A stretch of DNA of 64,000 bases, taken from IMG/VR virus record IMGVR_UViG_3300031951_000043. One strand, 5' to 3'. Position 1 is the first letter of the stretch. The number at the start of each line of letters is the position of its first letter. Below, one piece after another: positions 29,659 through 39,664 of the stretch. Source of the stretch: an uncultured virus (IMG/VR IMGVR_UViG_3300031951_000043). Lineage: Duplodnaviria > Heunggongvirae > Uroviricota > Caudoviricetes. The notes under the pieces are model-generated. The model did no database searches. It was not told where the DNA came from and was given only the letters and a program-made list of their open reading frames with translations. The translations under genes and the position numbers were made by a program.

Positions 29659-29891
29659 TCGGGTTTAATCGTTTTCCAATTTGTTATTTTACCAGAAGGT
29701 AATTTTTCTGCTAACCAAATACAAATTTCTTGTTTTTTACCAGTCAATTTACAAATACGATATAGATATGGTATTTTATATCGTTCACCCTTTTTTTGAG
29801 GTAATTCAAAAGTAATTTTATGACGAATATAATATTCCCAAATGTGAATGTTCAATTTGTCCATAAGAATGGCAAAAAGGGAACGTTTCAT
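29655..29891 (-). CDS. Hypothetical protein
   Basis: ORF. Confidence 0.5.
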   Translation of the reverse strand: MKRSLFAILMDKLNIHIWEYYIRHKITFELPQKKGERYKIPYLYRICKLTGKKQEICIWLAEKLPSGKITNWKTIKPD

Positions 29892-29941
29892 GACAACTGG
29901 GAATCATTTTATTATTGGTTTAGTTTTTTTTAATAAATATA

Positions 29942-30625
29942 CTAATCTCTATTAAAATCATTCGTCTCAATATCAAAATCTTTTTCAAGAACACAATGTT
30001 GTATTGTCTTTACAGTAAAATGCATCATACCGTCAGTTGGGTCATAATCACAGTTAATAGCATCTTTTAATTCCATATCACTTGGAAGTTCGGTATAACC
30101 ACCAAAAGGGTTAAATCTTTTAATGATTCCCTTATGTGCTTTGCGAATATCAAATGCTTGAATACCATACGACGAATCGGCACCCCAAACACAACCAGCA
30201 ACAAAAATGATTGGTAGATATTTTGTTTTTTCAATATCTTCTTTTTTTATTCCTTTTACTTCTTGATCACCAAGATAAACTTCATACCTAGAATCTTCAG
30301 CACGTTTAATCTTATGAACTTTTGGTTGGTAATAATGAACAGGACAAAACCCATATTCATTATATTCTTCACCACCGATATCCTCACATGAAGGAAGTTT
30401 CATAATACGAGTCATAACATATTTTGGTGAAAATAAAGCGTACCAATTACCATCTTCACCAACAAAAGGAATAAATGTTGTATTACCTCCGGTTGGATAA
30501 TTTCTGGTATATTCACCAATTTTTTTCTTTTTATCAAAAACTTCAACTAACTGATGATTCCAATAACCGGTTTCTTCTCGATTAATGACTTTAGCTTCGA
30601 CCCTGTATTCGTGTTTTGTTGCCAT
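29942..30625 (-). CDS. Hypothetical protein
   Basis: 227-aa ORF. Confidence 0.78.
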   Translation of the reverse strand: MATKHEYRVEAKVINREETGYWNHQLVEVFDKKKKIGEYTRNYPTGGNTTFIPFVGEDGNWYALFSPKYVMTRIMKLPSCEDIGGEEYNEYGFCPVHYYQPKVHKIKRAEDSRYEVYLGDQEVKGIKKEDIEKTKYLPIIFVAGCVWGADSSYGIQAFDIRKAHKGIIKRFNPFGGYTELPSDMELKDAINCDYDPTDGMMHFTVKTIQHCVLEKDFDIETNDFNRD

Positions 30626-30630
30626 ATTAA

Positions 30631-30945
30631 TTAATAATTTATTTCTTTTTCAATTGACGTTTCAATAAAAACATCATAACGACTGCAAATATACATAAAA
30701 AAACCATGCTTATCCACTGAAACTTTTCTAATGAAAGAATTTTTAAATTCCAAACCATTAACTTTAAAATTATAATCACCATCATCAATATGTTTTTCGG
30801 AATAAAAAACAAATTCTGGTAAGTCATCACCATAATCATTATTGAGTTTTAAAAACTTATTTATTTTTCTTTTTTTTGAAAGTAATACGTTTTTAACTTC
30901 TTCAGCGTTATGATTTGTTGTTACAATTTTAAGATTTTTTGTCAT
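30631..30945 (-). CDS. Hypothetical protein
   Basis: Start MTKNL downstream of tRNA-Val. Confidence 0.65.
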   Translation of the reverse strand: MTKNLKIVTTNHNAEEVKNVLLSKKRKINKFLKLNNDYGDDLPEFVFYSEKHIDDGDYNFKVNGLEFKNSFIRKVSVDKHGFFMYICSRYDVFIETSIEKEINY

Positions 30946-30960
30946 GTTTATTATTTCTTG

Positions 30961-31035
30961 TAGTTCCTTTCGGACTCGAACCGAAAACCTTTTCCACGTC
31001 AAGGAAACGCTCTGAACCAATTGAGCTAAGGAACT
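30961..31035 (-). tRNA. trnV: tRNA-Val(GAC)
   Basis: TTTCC-TTGACGT-GGAAA. Confidence 0.9.
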
Positions 31036-31164
31036 GTTAACAAAGGGGGTTAATGATAACCCCATTTGTTTTCTACCAACCTAAATCTTTCGAAACTTTG
31101 CCATGTCACCTGTAAATAGTGACACTTATTCAGAAGTTGGTGGACCCGGTGAGGCTCTTTTTTG

Positions 31165-31233
31165 TACTCCGTGAGAGATTCGAACTCTCAGCCTTCTCGT
31201 TAGGAGTGAGATGCTCATCCAGTTGAGACGGGG
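31165..31233 (-). pseudogene. trnR: Degenerate tRNA-Arg(CCT) with damaged 5' end
   Basis: CTCCTAA loop and T arm intact; 5' acceptor strand and positions 8-10 broken. Confidence 0.65.
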
Positions 31234-31239
31234 CATGAA

Positions 31240-31743
31240 CTATCTATATCTGTTCTCCACGTACCAATATATGGCTTTATTTTTCACCTCAACACGTTCC
31301 TTGACTATACCACGAACTCCAGATGAAGTAGCATATTTTCTTGATAGAGACTTGTCAGACAATATAAGTTGTATTACATATCCACTCCACACACTATCAT
31401 AGAGTCCGTCCGACTCCACAACTTCTTCCTCTTGTGTTGTTATTGGAGAGAATTCTGGAAGTCTACGAAACTCTTTCTCTGTTCCATCTTCCGCGTAGAA
31501 GCGGAAACCATCACTCTCGGCAATAATGGTCAAATCACCTTCCATAAGATCTATCAGACAAGATTGTATACCAACCCTGACCTTGTATAATCCAGATTCA
31601 AAATGCTTAGTGATTTCTCCTTTTCCATATTCAACTTCTTTCAATTGATGATCTATTACAACAATTCTTAGATCTTCACTAGGAGCTTTCACGCGCAACT
31701 CATACTCGACAATGGTTTTAGTTGGTATTGTGGTCACTCTCAT
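31240..31743 (-). CDS. Hypothetical protein, GC-richer than flanks
   Basis: 167-aa ORF. Confidence 0.65.
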   Translation of the reverse strand: MRVTTIPTKTIVEYELRVKAPSEDLRIVVIDHQLKEVEYGKGEITKHFESGLYKVRVGIQSCLIDLMEGDLTIIAESDGFRFYAEDGTEKEFRRLPEFSPITTQEEEVVESDGLYDSVWSGYVIQLILSDKSLSRKYATSSGVRGIVKERVEVKNKAIYWYVENRYR

Positions 31744-31807
31744 TTGGCAGCGTCTTTTATGATGTGCTTGACCTCTTCGCTGGAGAAGCCCATTATGTGC
31801 TTGAGTA

Positions 31808-33001
31808 TCATTTTTGTTTCAAATCTAAGTTAAGATCTTTAGCCGATTTCATCATCATAATTTCCATGAAATTTGCCGCCGCATTGCTAGAACCACTTGA
31901 GTTACCACTCATATATTGAGGAACAACATTTCCTTGATATTTCGAGAAGGCGTTTGCCCAATATTCTTGTGATTTAAGCCAAGCATCCAACTTTTGCTCA
32001 AGAGCGCCATTAGCAGACATTACAAGACGTTTCTTTTCAGCTTCACCTTGACCTTCAAGAATTTGTTTTTCTTTATTAAGTCTAGCAGTTTCAACATCAA
32101 GTTCAGCAACTCGTTTACGCGATTCAGCCTCAGTCACTTGTTTTGCTTTAATAACCTCTTGATCCCACTTAGCTTTAGCTGCTTCAGCTTCACCTTGTTT
32201 TGCGATGGTAATAGCATCTTGTTCGGCTTTTTTAGAATTTGCAATTGCCAATTGTACACTCATTAATGCTTGTTGTTGATTTTGAATTTGCTTTTCAACG
32301 GTCGCATCATATGTAATACCATTAATTGAAATATTATAGAGTCTAATTCCATATCCAGCAATTGGTGATTCTTCTTGTCGAATTGGTTGACCGGGAGTCT
32401 TTTCAACAATCTCAACTTTGGTTACTAATTTTTCCTCACCAGTCAATGGATCAGCTTCTTTAACCTCAACTTGTTTAGTTTTATATACACCTCTAGAAGC
32501 TTGATCTTCAATATAGAAAATCAAATCATTTCTTTTTTCCGCATACGACTCTTTAGATGTCATAAGCGGTCCAGTCATGTAAACTGATTTTTCAATGTTA
32601 GTTTTAATTAACTGATTCTCCAACGCTTCTTGCGAACCAAATGTTGAGTGTAATTTAATAATTTGTTCAGAAGATAAGGGAAGATCATAACGAACCGATC
32701 CTGAAATTGTTGCATGTCCACCATCATTCCATTTTACGGCAATTGATTTATCTGTTTCACCCTCCTCTTTTGGAGAAGAAAACCAAAATTGATTTGATTT
32801 ACGATAATGTGTTGCCCTACCAAATAATTGCCAAACCCAACCCGGTTCAGTATATGTATGAAGATTACCATCAAATGGGTCTTGAATAACAACAACTTCT
32901 CCAGCATCAACATCTTCCCAAATAAGGGGAACAAAGATTAGACCAAGAACAATAAATACGCCAATAACAATTGCACTAATAGATTTTTTAAAGTTTTCCA
33001 T
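31808..33001 (-). CDS. SPFH/band-7 domain membrane protein
   Basis: N-terminal TM, VDAGEVVV, Ala/Glu/Lys coiled coil. Confidence 0.85.
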   Translation of the reverse strand: MENFKKSISAIVIGVFIVLGLIFVPLIWEDVDAGEVVVIQDPFDGNLHTYTEPGWVWQLFGRATHYRKSNQFWFSSPKEEGETDKSIAVKWNDGGHATISGSVRYDLPLSSEQIIKLHSTFGSQEALENQLIKTNIEKSVYMTGPLMTSKESYAEKRNDLIFYIEDQASRGVYKTKQVEVKEADPLTGEEKLVTKVEIVEKTPGQPIRQEESPIAGYGIRLYNISINGITYDATVEKQIQNQQQALMSVQLAIANSKKAEQDAITIAKQGEAEAAKAKWDQEVIKAKQVTEAESRKRVAELDVETARLNKEKQILEGQGEAEKKRLVMSANGALEQKLDAWLKSQEYWANAFSKYQGNVVPQYMSGNSSGSSNAAANFMEIMMMKSAKDLNLDLKQK

Positions 33002-33007
33002 GTTTTT

Positions 33008-33274
33008 TTAAATTTTTGTTTTGTTTTTAATTTTATTAATTTTATTTACAGTTTGATTAACTTCATCATTCACCACATTATACTTCTCAACCGCCTTATC
33101 AACTTTTTCTTCCAGTTCATCTATCGTTGATGAGTGTTGGATTTTTTCTTTATTTTTCTTTTTAAGAAACCAAAAAAATTCTAATTTGGGAATAAAAAGA
33201 GGTAGAATTATTTGTGTTATAATTGTTAGTATGCTTATAACTGTTAATAAAAATATTATAATTATTTTAGCCAT
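33008..33274 (-). CDS. Small membrane protein
   Basis: TM helix plus coiled coil. Confidence 0.65.
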   Translation of the reverse strand: MAKIIIIFLLTVISILTIITQIILPLFIPKLEFFWFLKKKNKEKIQHSSTIDELEEKVDKAVEKYNVVNDEVNQTVNKINKIKNKTKI

Positions 33275-33467
33275 TTTGGTTTTTAAATTTAAAAATTATA
33301 TCATTTATATCATTTCTTATTGATTCCATATCATCTATGTCAAGATAAAATGAAAATGAATCATCACCTTGACTACAGGTTAACCATATTTCATCATCAC
33401 CACCTTGAATAAAAAATTCCAAGTCTTTATCTCCTTGTGAAAATTTATATGTTTTTATTGTTTTCAT
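33267..33467 (-). CDS. Hypothetical protein
   Basis: Likely start MKTIK. Confidence 0.55.
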   Translation of the reverse strand: MKTIKTYKFSQGDKDLEFFIQGGDDEIWLTCSQGDDSFSFYLDIDDMESIRNDINDIIFKFKNQNG

Positions 33468-33508
33468 TTTATAGTACAAATATAGTATATGTTTTTAACA
33501 TAAACAAA

Positions 33509-33694
33509 TCAAATGAAAATTTCACCAAATAAGGAAATATATTCATTTTTTGGTATTTTACAATAAACATCACCAACCCAAAAAAATACATCGTCACCAA
33601 TTTCATTCGGTTCGGTGATATTCCATTTTTTAACAATATTGACAGGTATTTTGTCGTAATCTAAATTAGGGAAAGCAACATGTACGTAGTCCAT
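33509..33694 (-). CDS. Hypothetical protein
   Basis: ORF downstream of TAnnTTTG. Confidence 0.55.
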   Translation of the reverse strand: MDYVHVAFPNLDYDKIPVNIVKKWNITEPNEIGDDVFFWVGDVYCKIPKNEYISLFGEIFI

Positions 33695-33773
33695 TTTTTT
33701 TTAGTTTACACAAAGATAATAACAAATATTTAAATTTCCAATAACTGATAATATTTATTTTAAAAGTTGGTAT

Positions 33774-34559
33774 ATGAGAAATCTAATCAAAAAAGTTTTG
33801 CGTGAATTTGTATTAAAAGAAGCGGAAGAGACAGACCACGCAAAATGTCGTTATGTTAATAGAGTTGCGAATGAAAGAAATCATAAAACAACAAATGTTA
33901 AGGACAAAATTGGTAAAGAAGGAATTGAAAACATTAAATTTATCATCGAACTTGTTAAAAAAATAGATTTTCCAAAAAATATCGATATTGCAATTAATTT
34001 AGCTTATTCACCATCAAGAGATGTTAACAATCCAGAAGGTTTTGAAAACGCAAAAGGATTTTATTTTAATGACCCTAATGATAATTGTACTAAAAAAGAA
34101 AATATTGAACCTAGCTGGGGACATTATTTGTGGTTAATAATAAGAGATAATTCTATCACAACAATAATGATTCATAGAACCAAACCAAAAGATTTAAGAG
34201 AGGTTAATATAGATAGATTAATAAATAATTTAAATAACTATTTTGGACTTAATATTAAAGAAAAAGAACTTTCGTCGGCTGAAAATTTAAAACAAATAGA
34301 TTTAACAAATGAGAGACTTTTCTTTAAGATGATTAGTAAACCAGAAAAAAAATCTGAGGAATCTCCTTTAAAAAATGAAGAAATACTTCTTGTTAAACAA
34401 AAAAAATATGTTATTGATAAAATTAAAAAAACAATTCATCCAAAAAATAAACCAAAAGAAATACAGAAAATAGAAGAATTTATCAATTTAATTTTAAATT
34501 TAGAACCTTTTACCCCTGAAGATGAGAAAGCTATTGAATACTTAATTTCTTTGATTTGA
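33774..34559 (+). CDS. Hypothetical late protein (LIKKVLRE leader)
   Basis: ATATTTAT upstream. Confidence 0.72.
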   Translation: MRNLIKKVLREFVLKEAEETDHAKCRYVNRVANERNHKTTNVKDKIGKEGIENIKFIIELVKKIDFPKNIDIAINLAYSPSRDVNNPEGFENAKGFYFNDPNDNCTKKENIEPSWGHYLWLIIRDNSITTIMIHRTKPKDLREVNIDRLINNLNNYFGLNIKEKELSSAENLKQIDLTNERLFFKMISKPEKKSEESPLKNEEILLVKQKKYVIDKIKKTIHPKNKPKEIQKIEEFINLILNLEPFTPEDEKAIEYLISLI

Positions 34560-34841
34560 TTTTATAATTAATCTGTCATAATGCGTGAAATAACCCCGTT
34601 TATTAGCCTCATCTAATATTTCATCAGTTGTTGGTCTTGGTTGTTTTTCCAAATAATATTTGATATTTTTTTCATCCATATATTCTCTAATGGTTTCTTC
34701 AACATTACTAAATAAGCGATAAATATTATCAGCTAAAATATCAGCATCAACCAATCCGGTTACATTTTCCATCATATCATCAAAAACAAAATTTGATGAT
34801 TCATCCTTTTTAATAATCAAGATATAATAGTCGTATTTCAT
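34542..34841 (-). CDS. Hypothetical protein
   Basis: ORF coupled to upstream gene. Confidence 0.6.
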   Translation of the reverse strand: MKYDYYILIIKKDESSNFVFDDMMENVTGLVDADILADNIYRLFSNVEETIREYMDEKNIKYYLEKQPRPTTDEILDEANKRGYFTHYDRLIIKSNQRN

Positions 34842-35293
34842 CTGCAATGATAATCCGCCGCTTTAGTTGCGATTTGAATATTTGGTTTTACATTAACTTG
34901 ATACCCCAATGAATTCGCCCACCCCTTTGTTGCACTGATTAATTGATTACTTTTATAAAATTCATCCTCATTATAATCCATATCTAATTCAAGTTTTAGA
35001 CTGACATTAACTTTGTTTTTAAACCATTCCGCAATTTCAATCGTGCTTTCAGCTTCCTTCCAAAGTCTAGTCCATAAATCATTAATTCTATTGATTCTTT
35101 CTTTTGTGAAAATATAATGGACACCCCTAGTACCATAACGATAGGCGATAACGGAAACATAAACGGTTTCATTTGACACGTTTTGTGAATCAGTACCGAT
35201 ATGGATTTTTACATCAGGATTTTCCCTGATAACCTCAAGAGTATGTTTTACAACATCTACTGGAGTTCCATCTAATTTTCTAAACACTTTCAT
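34838..35293 (-). CDS. Ribonuclease H-like YkuK (DUF458) family protein
   Basis: IHIGTDSQ..RLWKE..ELDMDYN..KAAD. Confidence 0.82.
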   Translation of the reverse strand: MKVFRKLDGTPVDVVKHTLEVIRENPDVKIHIGTDSQNVSNETVYVSVIAYRYGTRGVHYIFTKERINRINDLWTRLWKEAESTIEIAEWFKNKVNVSLKLELDMDYNEDEFYKSNQLISATKGWANSLGYQVNVKPNIQIATKAADYHCR

Positions 35294-35305
35294 TTTATAG
35301 TTATT

Positions 35306-35662
35306 TTATTCGTCTACACTGATGAGGGGGAATTCAATTTTAAGTCTATAATGAATAAAATCATTCATATCTTCCACTAAATCAAAATATTTTCTATAAG
35401 ACTCACCATTTGACATTTTTATTTTTAAAAATGGTTTGTAATAAACAACATAATCCTCAATATATAAGTTTTTGTTTTTAAGAATCTCTTCTTCTGTTAT
35501 AAAAAAAGTTCCATTGTAATACCAATCAGCGTAATAAAATCCTTCTTTTCTTTCTTTACAAAATAAACTTTTTTTTCTGCGATTTTGCCAAACAAATTTA
35601 TCATTTTCTATTTTTTCAAATTTTCTAATACTACAAATTTGTTTGATATTAATTTCTTCCAT
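35306..35662 (-). CDS. Hypothetical protein
   Basis: ORF downstream of TAnnTTTG. Confidence 0.65.
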   Translation of the reverse strand: MEEINIKQICSIRKFEKIENDKFVWQNRRKKSLFCKERKEGFYYADWYYNGTFFITEEEILKNKNLYIEDYVVYYKPFLKIKMSNGESYRKYFDLVEDMNDFIHYRLKIEFPLISVDE

Positions 35663-35807
35663 TTTTAAAAGTTTGGTACAAAGATATGAAAAGTTTTATG
35701 AAAAAAAAAATTGCAACGATTTTAGCCTACGTTAATATTTTGTGGGAAGAGCTTATCGTTATTAAGTTTCGCTTATTATACCAACACAATTTTTAATTCA
35801 TAATACA

Positions 35808-35883
35808 TGGTGGACCGGAAGGGATTCGAACCCTCATCCTCCTGAGTGCAAATCAGGTGCTCATCCAGTTGAGCTACCAGCCC
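35808..35883 (-). tRNA. trnA: tRNA-Ala(TGC)
   Basis: CCTGA-TTTGCAC-TCAGG; G3:U70; CCA. Confidence 0.92.
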
Positions 35884-35992
35884 ATGTTCCCGTTTTTCTT
35901 CATCATTTAGTTCACCACCCAGATGAACAAGTGGTGGATTTTGCTTTTGGAAGTCTGCATTACAGACCGTCACCACGGGAAAACCAACGCAG

Positions 35993-36067
35993 TAGTTCCT
36001 GTGTGACTTGAACACACGCCCTTTCGAATGTAAATCGAACGCTCTAAACCAACTGAGCTAAGGAACT
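35993..36067 (-). tRNA. trnV: tRNA-Val(TAC)
   Basis: TTCGA-TTTACAT-TCGAA. Confidence 0.9.
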
Positions 36068-36075
36068 ATATTTCG

Positions 36076-36147
36076 CACCCCCTGAAGAATTCGAATCCTC
36101 ACCAACGATGTTGGAGATCGTTACTCTACCAATTGAGCTAAAGGGGT
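36076..36147 (-). tRNA. trnW: tRNA-Trp(CCA)
   Basis: ACGAT-CTCCAAC-ATCGT. Confidence 0.88.
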
Positions 36148-36155
36148 ATGTATTT

Positions 36156-36233
36156 TGGGTGAATAACGAGACTCGAACTCGCAAAAATCCGGGACCACAA
36201 TCCGGAGTGTATACCAATTCCACCATATTCACC
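36156..36233 (-). tRNA. trnH: tRNA-His(GTG)
   Basis: TTGTGGT loop; G-1 extended acceptor stem. Confidence 0.88.
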
Positions 36234-36241
36234 ATAATTCG

Positions 36242-36320
36242 TACTCCCGGTGAGAATCGAACTCACACCCTTTCGGATCTGTTCCTAAAACAGACGCGGC
36301 TACCGTTACGCCACAGGAGT
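36242..36320 (-). tRNA. trnL: tRNA-Leu(TAG)
   Basis: TCTGT-TTTAGGA-ACAGA; variable arm. Confidence 0.9.
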
Positions 36321-36371
36321 GTTTAACATCACAAAGATATAACTTTATTTTCTTATCTCCAAATTAAACTG

Positions 36372-36443
36372 AGGTCGAAGTGAGAATCGAACTCACGTAA
36401 GAAGTTTTGCAGACTTCCGCCTAAACCACTCGACCATTCGACC
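36372..36443 (-). tRNA. trnC: tRNA-Cys(GCA)
   Basis: GAAGT-CTGCAAA-ACTTC; U73. Confidence 0.92.
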
Positions 36444-36629
36444 TTACTTTTCACCTAATTTTCTAATAATACCTCCCTTAGCTTCATACCAAGTACCCTG
36501 ATAATTAAATTCAAATCCGGTATCTCTCATACAAATACCCATAAATTCACCGTCTCTTGTTTTTAAACCAACCCCTGAAAAAACATCTTCAAGAATTATT
36601 TCACCGTTTTCATCTGTTGTTAATTTCAT
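36444..36629 (-). CDS. Small hypothetical protein within the tRNA array
   Basis: Start MKLTTD downstream of tRNA-Arg. Confidence 0.65.
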   Translation of the reverse strand: MKLTTDENGEIILEDVFSGVGLKTRDGEFMGICMRDTGFEFNYQGTWYEAKGGIIRKLGEK

Positions 36630-36646
36630 AATTTTAATTTTTTTTG

Positions 36647-36718
36647 TATCCCCCGAAGGATTCGAACCCTCACCAACTGAGTCGAAATCAGGTATGCTAT
36701 CCATTACACTAGAGGGAC
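36647..36718 (-). tRNA. trnR: tRNA-Arg(TCG)
   Basis: TTTCGAC loop. Confidence 0.9.
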
Positions 36719-36978
36719 TTTTTCTCTTTTCTTTTTTTCCATTCTACAGCAAGTGCTGCTCCAATAAAAGCGCCTAACATTGCAGCACCAAATAAACGTG
36801 TATCATTTACATAATTTACAGTGGTGAAAGCACCAAATAAAACAATTAATGCTGACCATATTCCGGATGCGATAGTTTTTCTTTCCTCCACTTTAATAAA
36901 ATATAAAGTCCATGCAATATCAGCTAAAATCATGGAAAACATAACCAGCAAAAATTTTAATTCAAAGGGTATATTCAT
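36709..36978 (-). CDS. Small multi-pass membrane protein
   Basis: Three hydrophobic helices. Confidence 0.7.
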   Translation of the reverse strand: MNIPFELKFLLVMFSMILADIAWTLYFIKVEERKTIASGIWSALIVLFGAFTTVNYVNDTRLFGAAMLGAFIGAALAVEWKKRKEKKSL

Positions 36979-37412
36979 CTTTTTAATAATTTATCACATT
37001 TATTTTTCCAATTTGATGAGAGACATGAAATTGGTGTTACTTTTGTAAGTTGATTAATTAATCTAATTTCTTGTGGATTATCATCCAAATGAAATACAAA
37101 ATCATTTCCATTCTTTTTAAACCACCAAGCCTTTGGGTCGTGGTTTGTAAAAATCACTCGTTCCCTTGGGATTCCTAAATCTTTCGCCACCAAAAACAAA
37201 TCTTCTTCATTTGACCACCAAAGAACATCATCGTCTCTTTTAAAAGTTTCATCATCAGGATATTTCTTTCTGAAAAATTCTTTTGGATTTTCCGGTCTTG
37301 AGGTAACAATCCATACCTCAATGTTGGAATCTTCAATTAATTCCTTACAATAATTTTGTATGAACAGCGAATGACCAAGACAATCATCAAAATCAAAACT
37401 TACTTTTTTCAT
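36975..37412 (-). CDS. HAD-superfamily hydrolase
   Basis: VSFDFDDCL, IVTSR, HLDDN. Confidence 0.8.
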   Translation of the reverse strand: MKKVSFDFDDCLGHSLFIQNYCKELIEDSNIEVWIVTSRPENPKEFFRKKYPDDETFKRDDDVLWWSNEEDLFLVAKDLGIPRERVIFTNHDPKAWWFKKNGNDFVFHLDDNPQEIRLINQLTKVTPISCLSSNWKNKCDKLLKR

Positions 37413-37711
37413 GCTAACCAACGAATTAAATATTTTGCTTGCATTTGAGATGTAAAATCAGCCTCACCCATATCTGTAACAGGAATTTCAAAACTTATCA
37501 CTTCAGTATCCTCACCACCATCTCCCAAAAATAATGAATAATAAGCAACACCGAGTCTGATTTTATCAAAAAACGCTATTGGATTGTTTTTATATAGCAT
37601 TTTTTTAATTTCGTTTTTTCTTATTGTATTTAATTTTTTATCCATTTTATCTAAAGTTATTTTATCAACGCTATCCATTGCTTCTTTATATAATTCTTCG
37701 TCTGTCTTCAT
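37409..37711 (-). CDS. Hypothetical protein
   Basis: ORF with ATGA overlaps. Confidence 0.65.
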   Translation of the reverse strand: MKTDEELYKEAMDSVDKITLDKMDKKLNTIRKNEIKKMLYKNNPIAFFDKIRLGVAYYSLFLGDGGEDTEVISFEIPVTDMGEADFTSQMQAKYLIRWLA

Positions 37712-39225
37712 CGTATTAAATTAATATTACCAATTTTATTAATTAAGTTATTAGCTATAATTCCGCTAAATTTATAAACATAAACACCATTCTGACAATT
37801 AAGCCCATCCCATGATTCGTTTTGATTGGTAAATTCATAAATTTTCTCACCCCAACTATTATAAATTTGCATTTTAAAATTTTCAATTTTTGAAATTGTT
37901 GTTACTTTAAATGAATCATTTATATTATCATAATCGGGTGAAAATGTGTTAGGAATATAAATATCTCCACAAATTTCTGAATAAATTTCTAATGTTGTTA
38001 AATCGCCAAAACAACCAAATTCATTTATCTCATAAACACTTAATATGTTTTCAAAATTAGAAATGTTTGGTAAATTTATTGTTATAGTATTTTGTGTCAA
38101 ATTTAATGTATCTTGATTTAAAATCCAAATATATGAAGAATTTATATTACCAGTTGTTAAAAATTGTAAAGTTCTATCGAATTCTGAGCAATTTACAAAA
38201 CTATTTTCACCGATAATAATAACATCTTCAGGATTTGGATTCACAACAACTAATATCGAATCGTTGTTTCTACAACCAAAAGAATCAATAAATGTATATT
38301 CAACCCAATTTGTTCCAAATTGTGGTAAATAATTAGGACCAATATTCCAAGTACCACCAATAGGGAATGCTTGCATTTGAACCGGTGAATCATTAAAACA
38401 TAGTGTGTCAACAGGATTAATTAATACTACAGGTAATTGATTTACGTTTACAGTAAAAATAGTTGTATCTATACAATTATTAATTGTTTCTTCAATAATA
38501 CTAATTTGTTGAGTCCCTATATTATTCCAAATATTTATTTGGGGATTACCTGTATAAAAAATTGAGTTATTTGTTGGATTTGCTAATTCATGAATTGTCG
38601 TATCCCCAAGACATACGGTTTGGACCAATGGGGTTATTGGATTACTTTCAAAGTCTAAAGGAATATTGGTACCATTAAATAAATTAAATGGTGATAGATT
38701 ACAGTTATTATTTCCCCAAGATCCCCAAGTACCGTCAGCACCAGCGGTTATTTGAATTATAATGTCCTCAGAGGAACATGTCTCAACAACTGTGGTTGTA
38801 AAACAAAAATTCCATGTACAATTTCCAAAATCACCCCAATCATTACCGGGATTTCCATCAATAACACCACCTTGATTTGTTTCAAAAAACCAACCCGGTC
38901 CAGCAGAAATACCCGTTGATGATGATGTTACCGTACCAGAAATCCAAACCCAATTACCAGAACCACCATTACAATTGGTAGGTGATGCTTGCGGAATAGG
39001 GGGTGTTAAAGAAGGACTTAGATTAATTTCAAATCCCTCAACCCAATTTGAACTAACGTTCAAACCGTTCCAACCATTCATTGTATAACACACATTTAAA
39101 ACAGTTCCACTAGCGTATTGACCATTAATTGGGGTTGGGTTTATTGAAAAACTTTCAATCCCATTACATTGATTAAACGCTAAATTACTAATTAAAGTAA
39201 AAATTATTAATAATACTTTTTTCAT
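37708..39225 (-). CDS. Secreted protein with gliding-motility-associated (T9SS type B) C-terminal domain
   Basis: Signal peptide; YIPNTFSPD.D..ND.F..IYNSWGEKIY..WDG..GVYVY..G.INLIR. Confidence 0.85.
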   Translation of the reverse strand: MKKVLLIIFTLISNLAFNQCNGIESFSINPTPINGQYASGTVLNVCYTMNGWNGLNVSSNWVEGFEINLSPSLTPPIPQASPTNCNGGSGNWVWISGTVTSSSTGISAGPGWFFETNQGGVIDGNPGNDWGDFGNCTWNFCFTTTVVETCSSEDIIIQITAGADGTWGSWGNNNCNLSPFNLFNGTNIPLDFESNPITPLVQTVCLGDTTIHELANPTNNSIFYTGNPQINIWNNIGTQQISIIEETINNCIDTTIFTVNVNQLPVVLINPVDTLCFNDSPVQMQAFPIGGTWNIGPNYLPQFGTNWVEYTFIDSFGCRNNDSILVVVNPNPEDVIIIGENSFVNCSEFDRTLQFLTTGNINSSYIWILNQDTLNLTQNTITINLPNISNFENILSVYEINEFGCFGDLTTLEIYSEICGDIYIPNTFSPDYDNINDSFKVTTISKIENFKMQIYNSWGEKIYEFTNQNESWDGLNCQNGVYVYKFSGIIANNLINKIGNINLIR

Positions 39226-39391
39226 TTTTTATAAAAAATTAAGAGTTTAAACCACCACTTCCACCACATGAATTTTAATGTTAAAAGACCTTCTGGGTCA
39301 TGGTAGTATATGATTGTTGGAATTAAAGGTTTATGGTCCTCGATAATAAATCGCTTTGACCTATCTGTTCTAATTTTCATGTTTGTTAATT

Positions 39392-39664
39392 TTATCGTTT
39401 ACAATAATTCCATATTTCTTCCGCTGTATTCCATTCCGAACCAACGTTTAACATACCGATTGGGTCTTCTTTAAACCACATTCGTTCTTTCCATTCACCA
39501 GTACCATTTAATCTAAAATAACTTATAATTGAGAGTGAGATATTACTTGGTTCTAGTTCATTTGGGTCATTTGCGGAATTACCAATCCAATGGTCGATAA
39601 ATCCATCTTTACAATAAATTCGTCGAAATTTAACCCACCCTTCTTGTAGTTTTTCGGTTTTCAT
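39392..39664 (-). CDS. Hypothetical protein
   Basis: ORF. Confidence 0.6.
   Translation of the reverse strand: MKTEKLQEGWVKFRRIYCKDGFIDHWIGNSANDPNELEPSNISLSIISYFRLNGTGEWKERMWFKEDPIGMLNVGSEWNTAEEIWNYCKR

Noticed and set aside
35776..36326. ORFs overlapping tRNA genes (also 3676-3966, which overlaps tRNA-Thr and putative ncRNAs)
   Set aside because: Chance frames across structured RNA genes.
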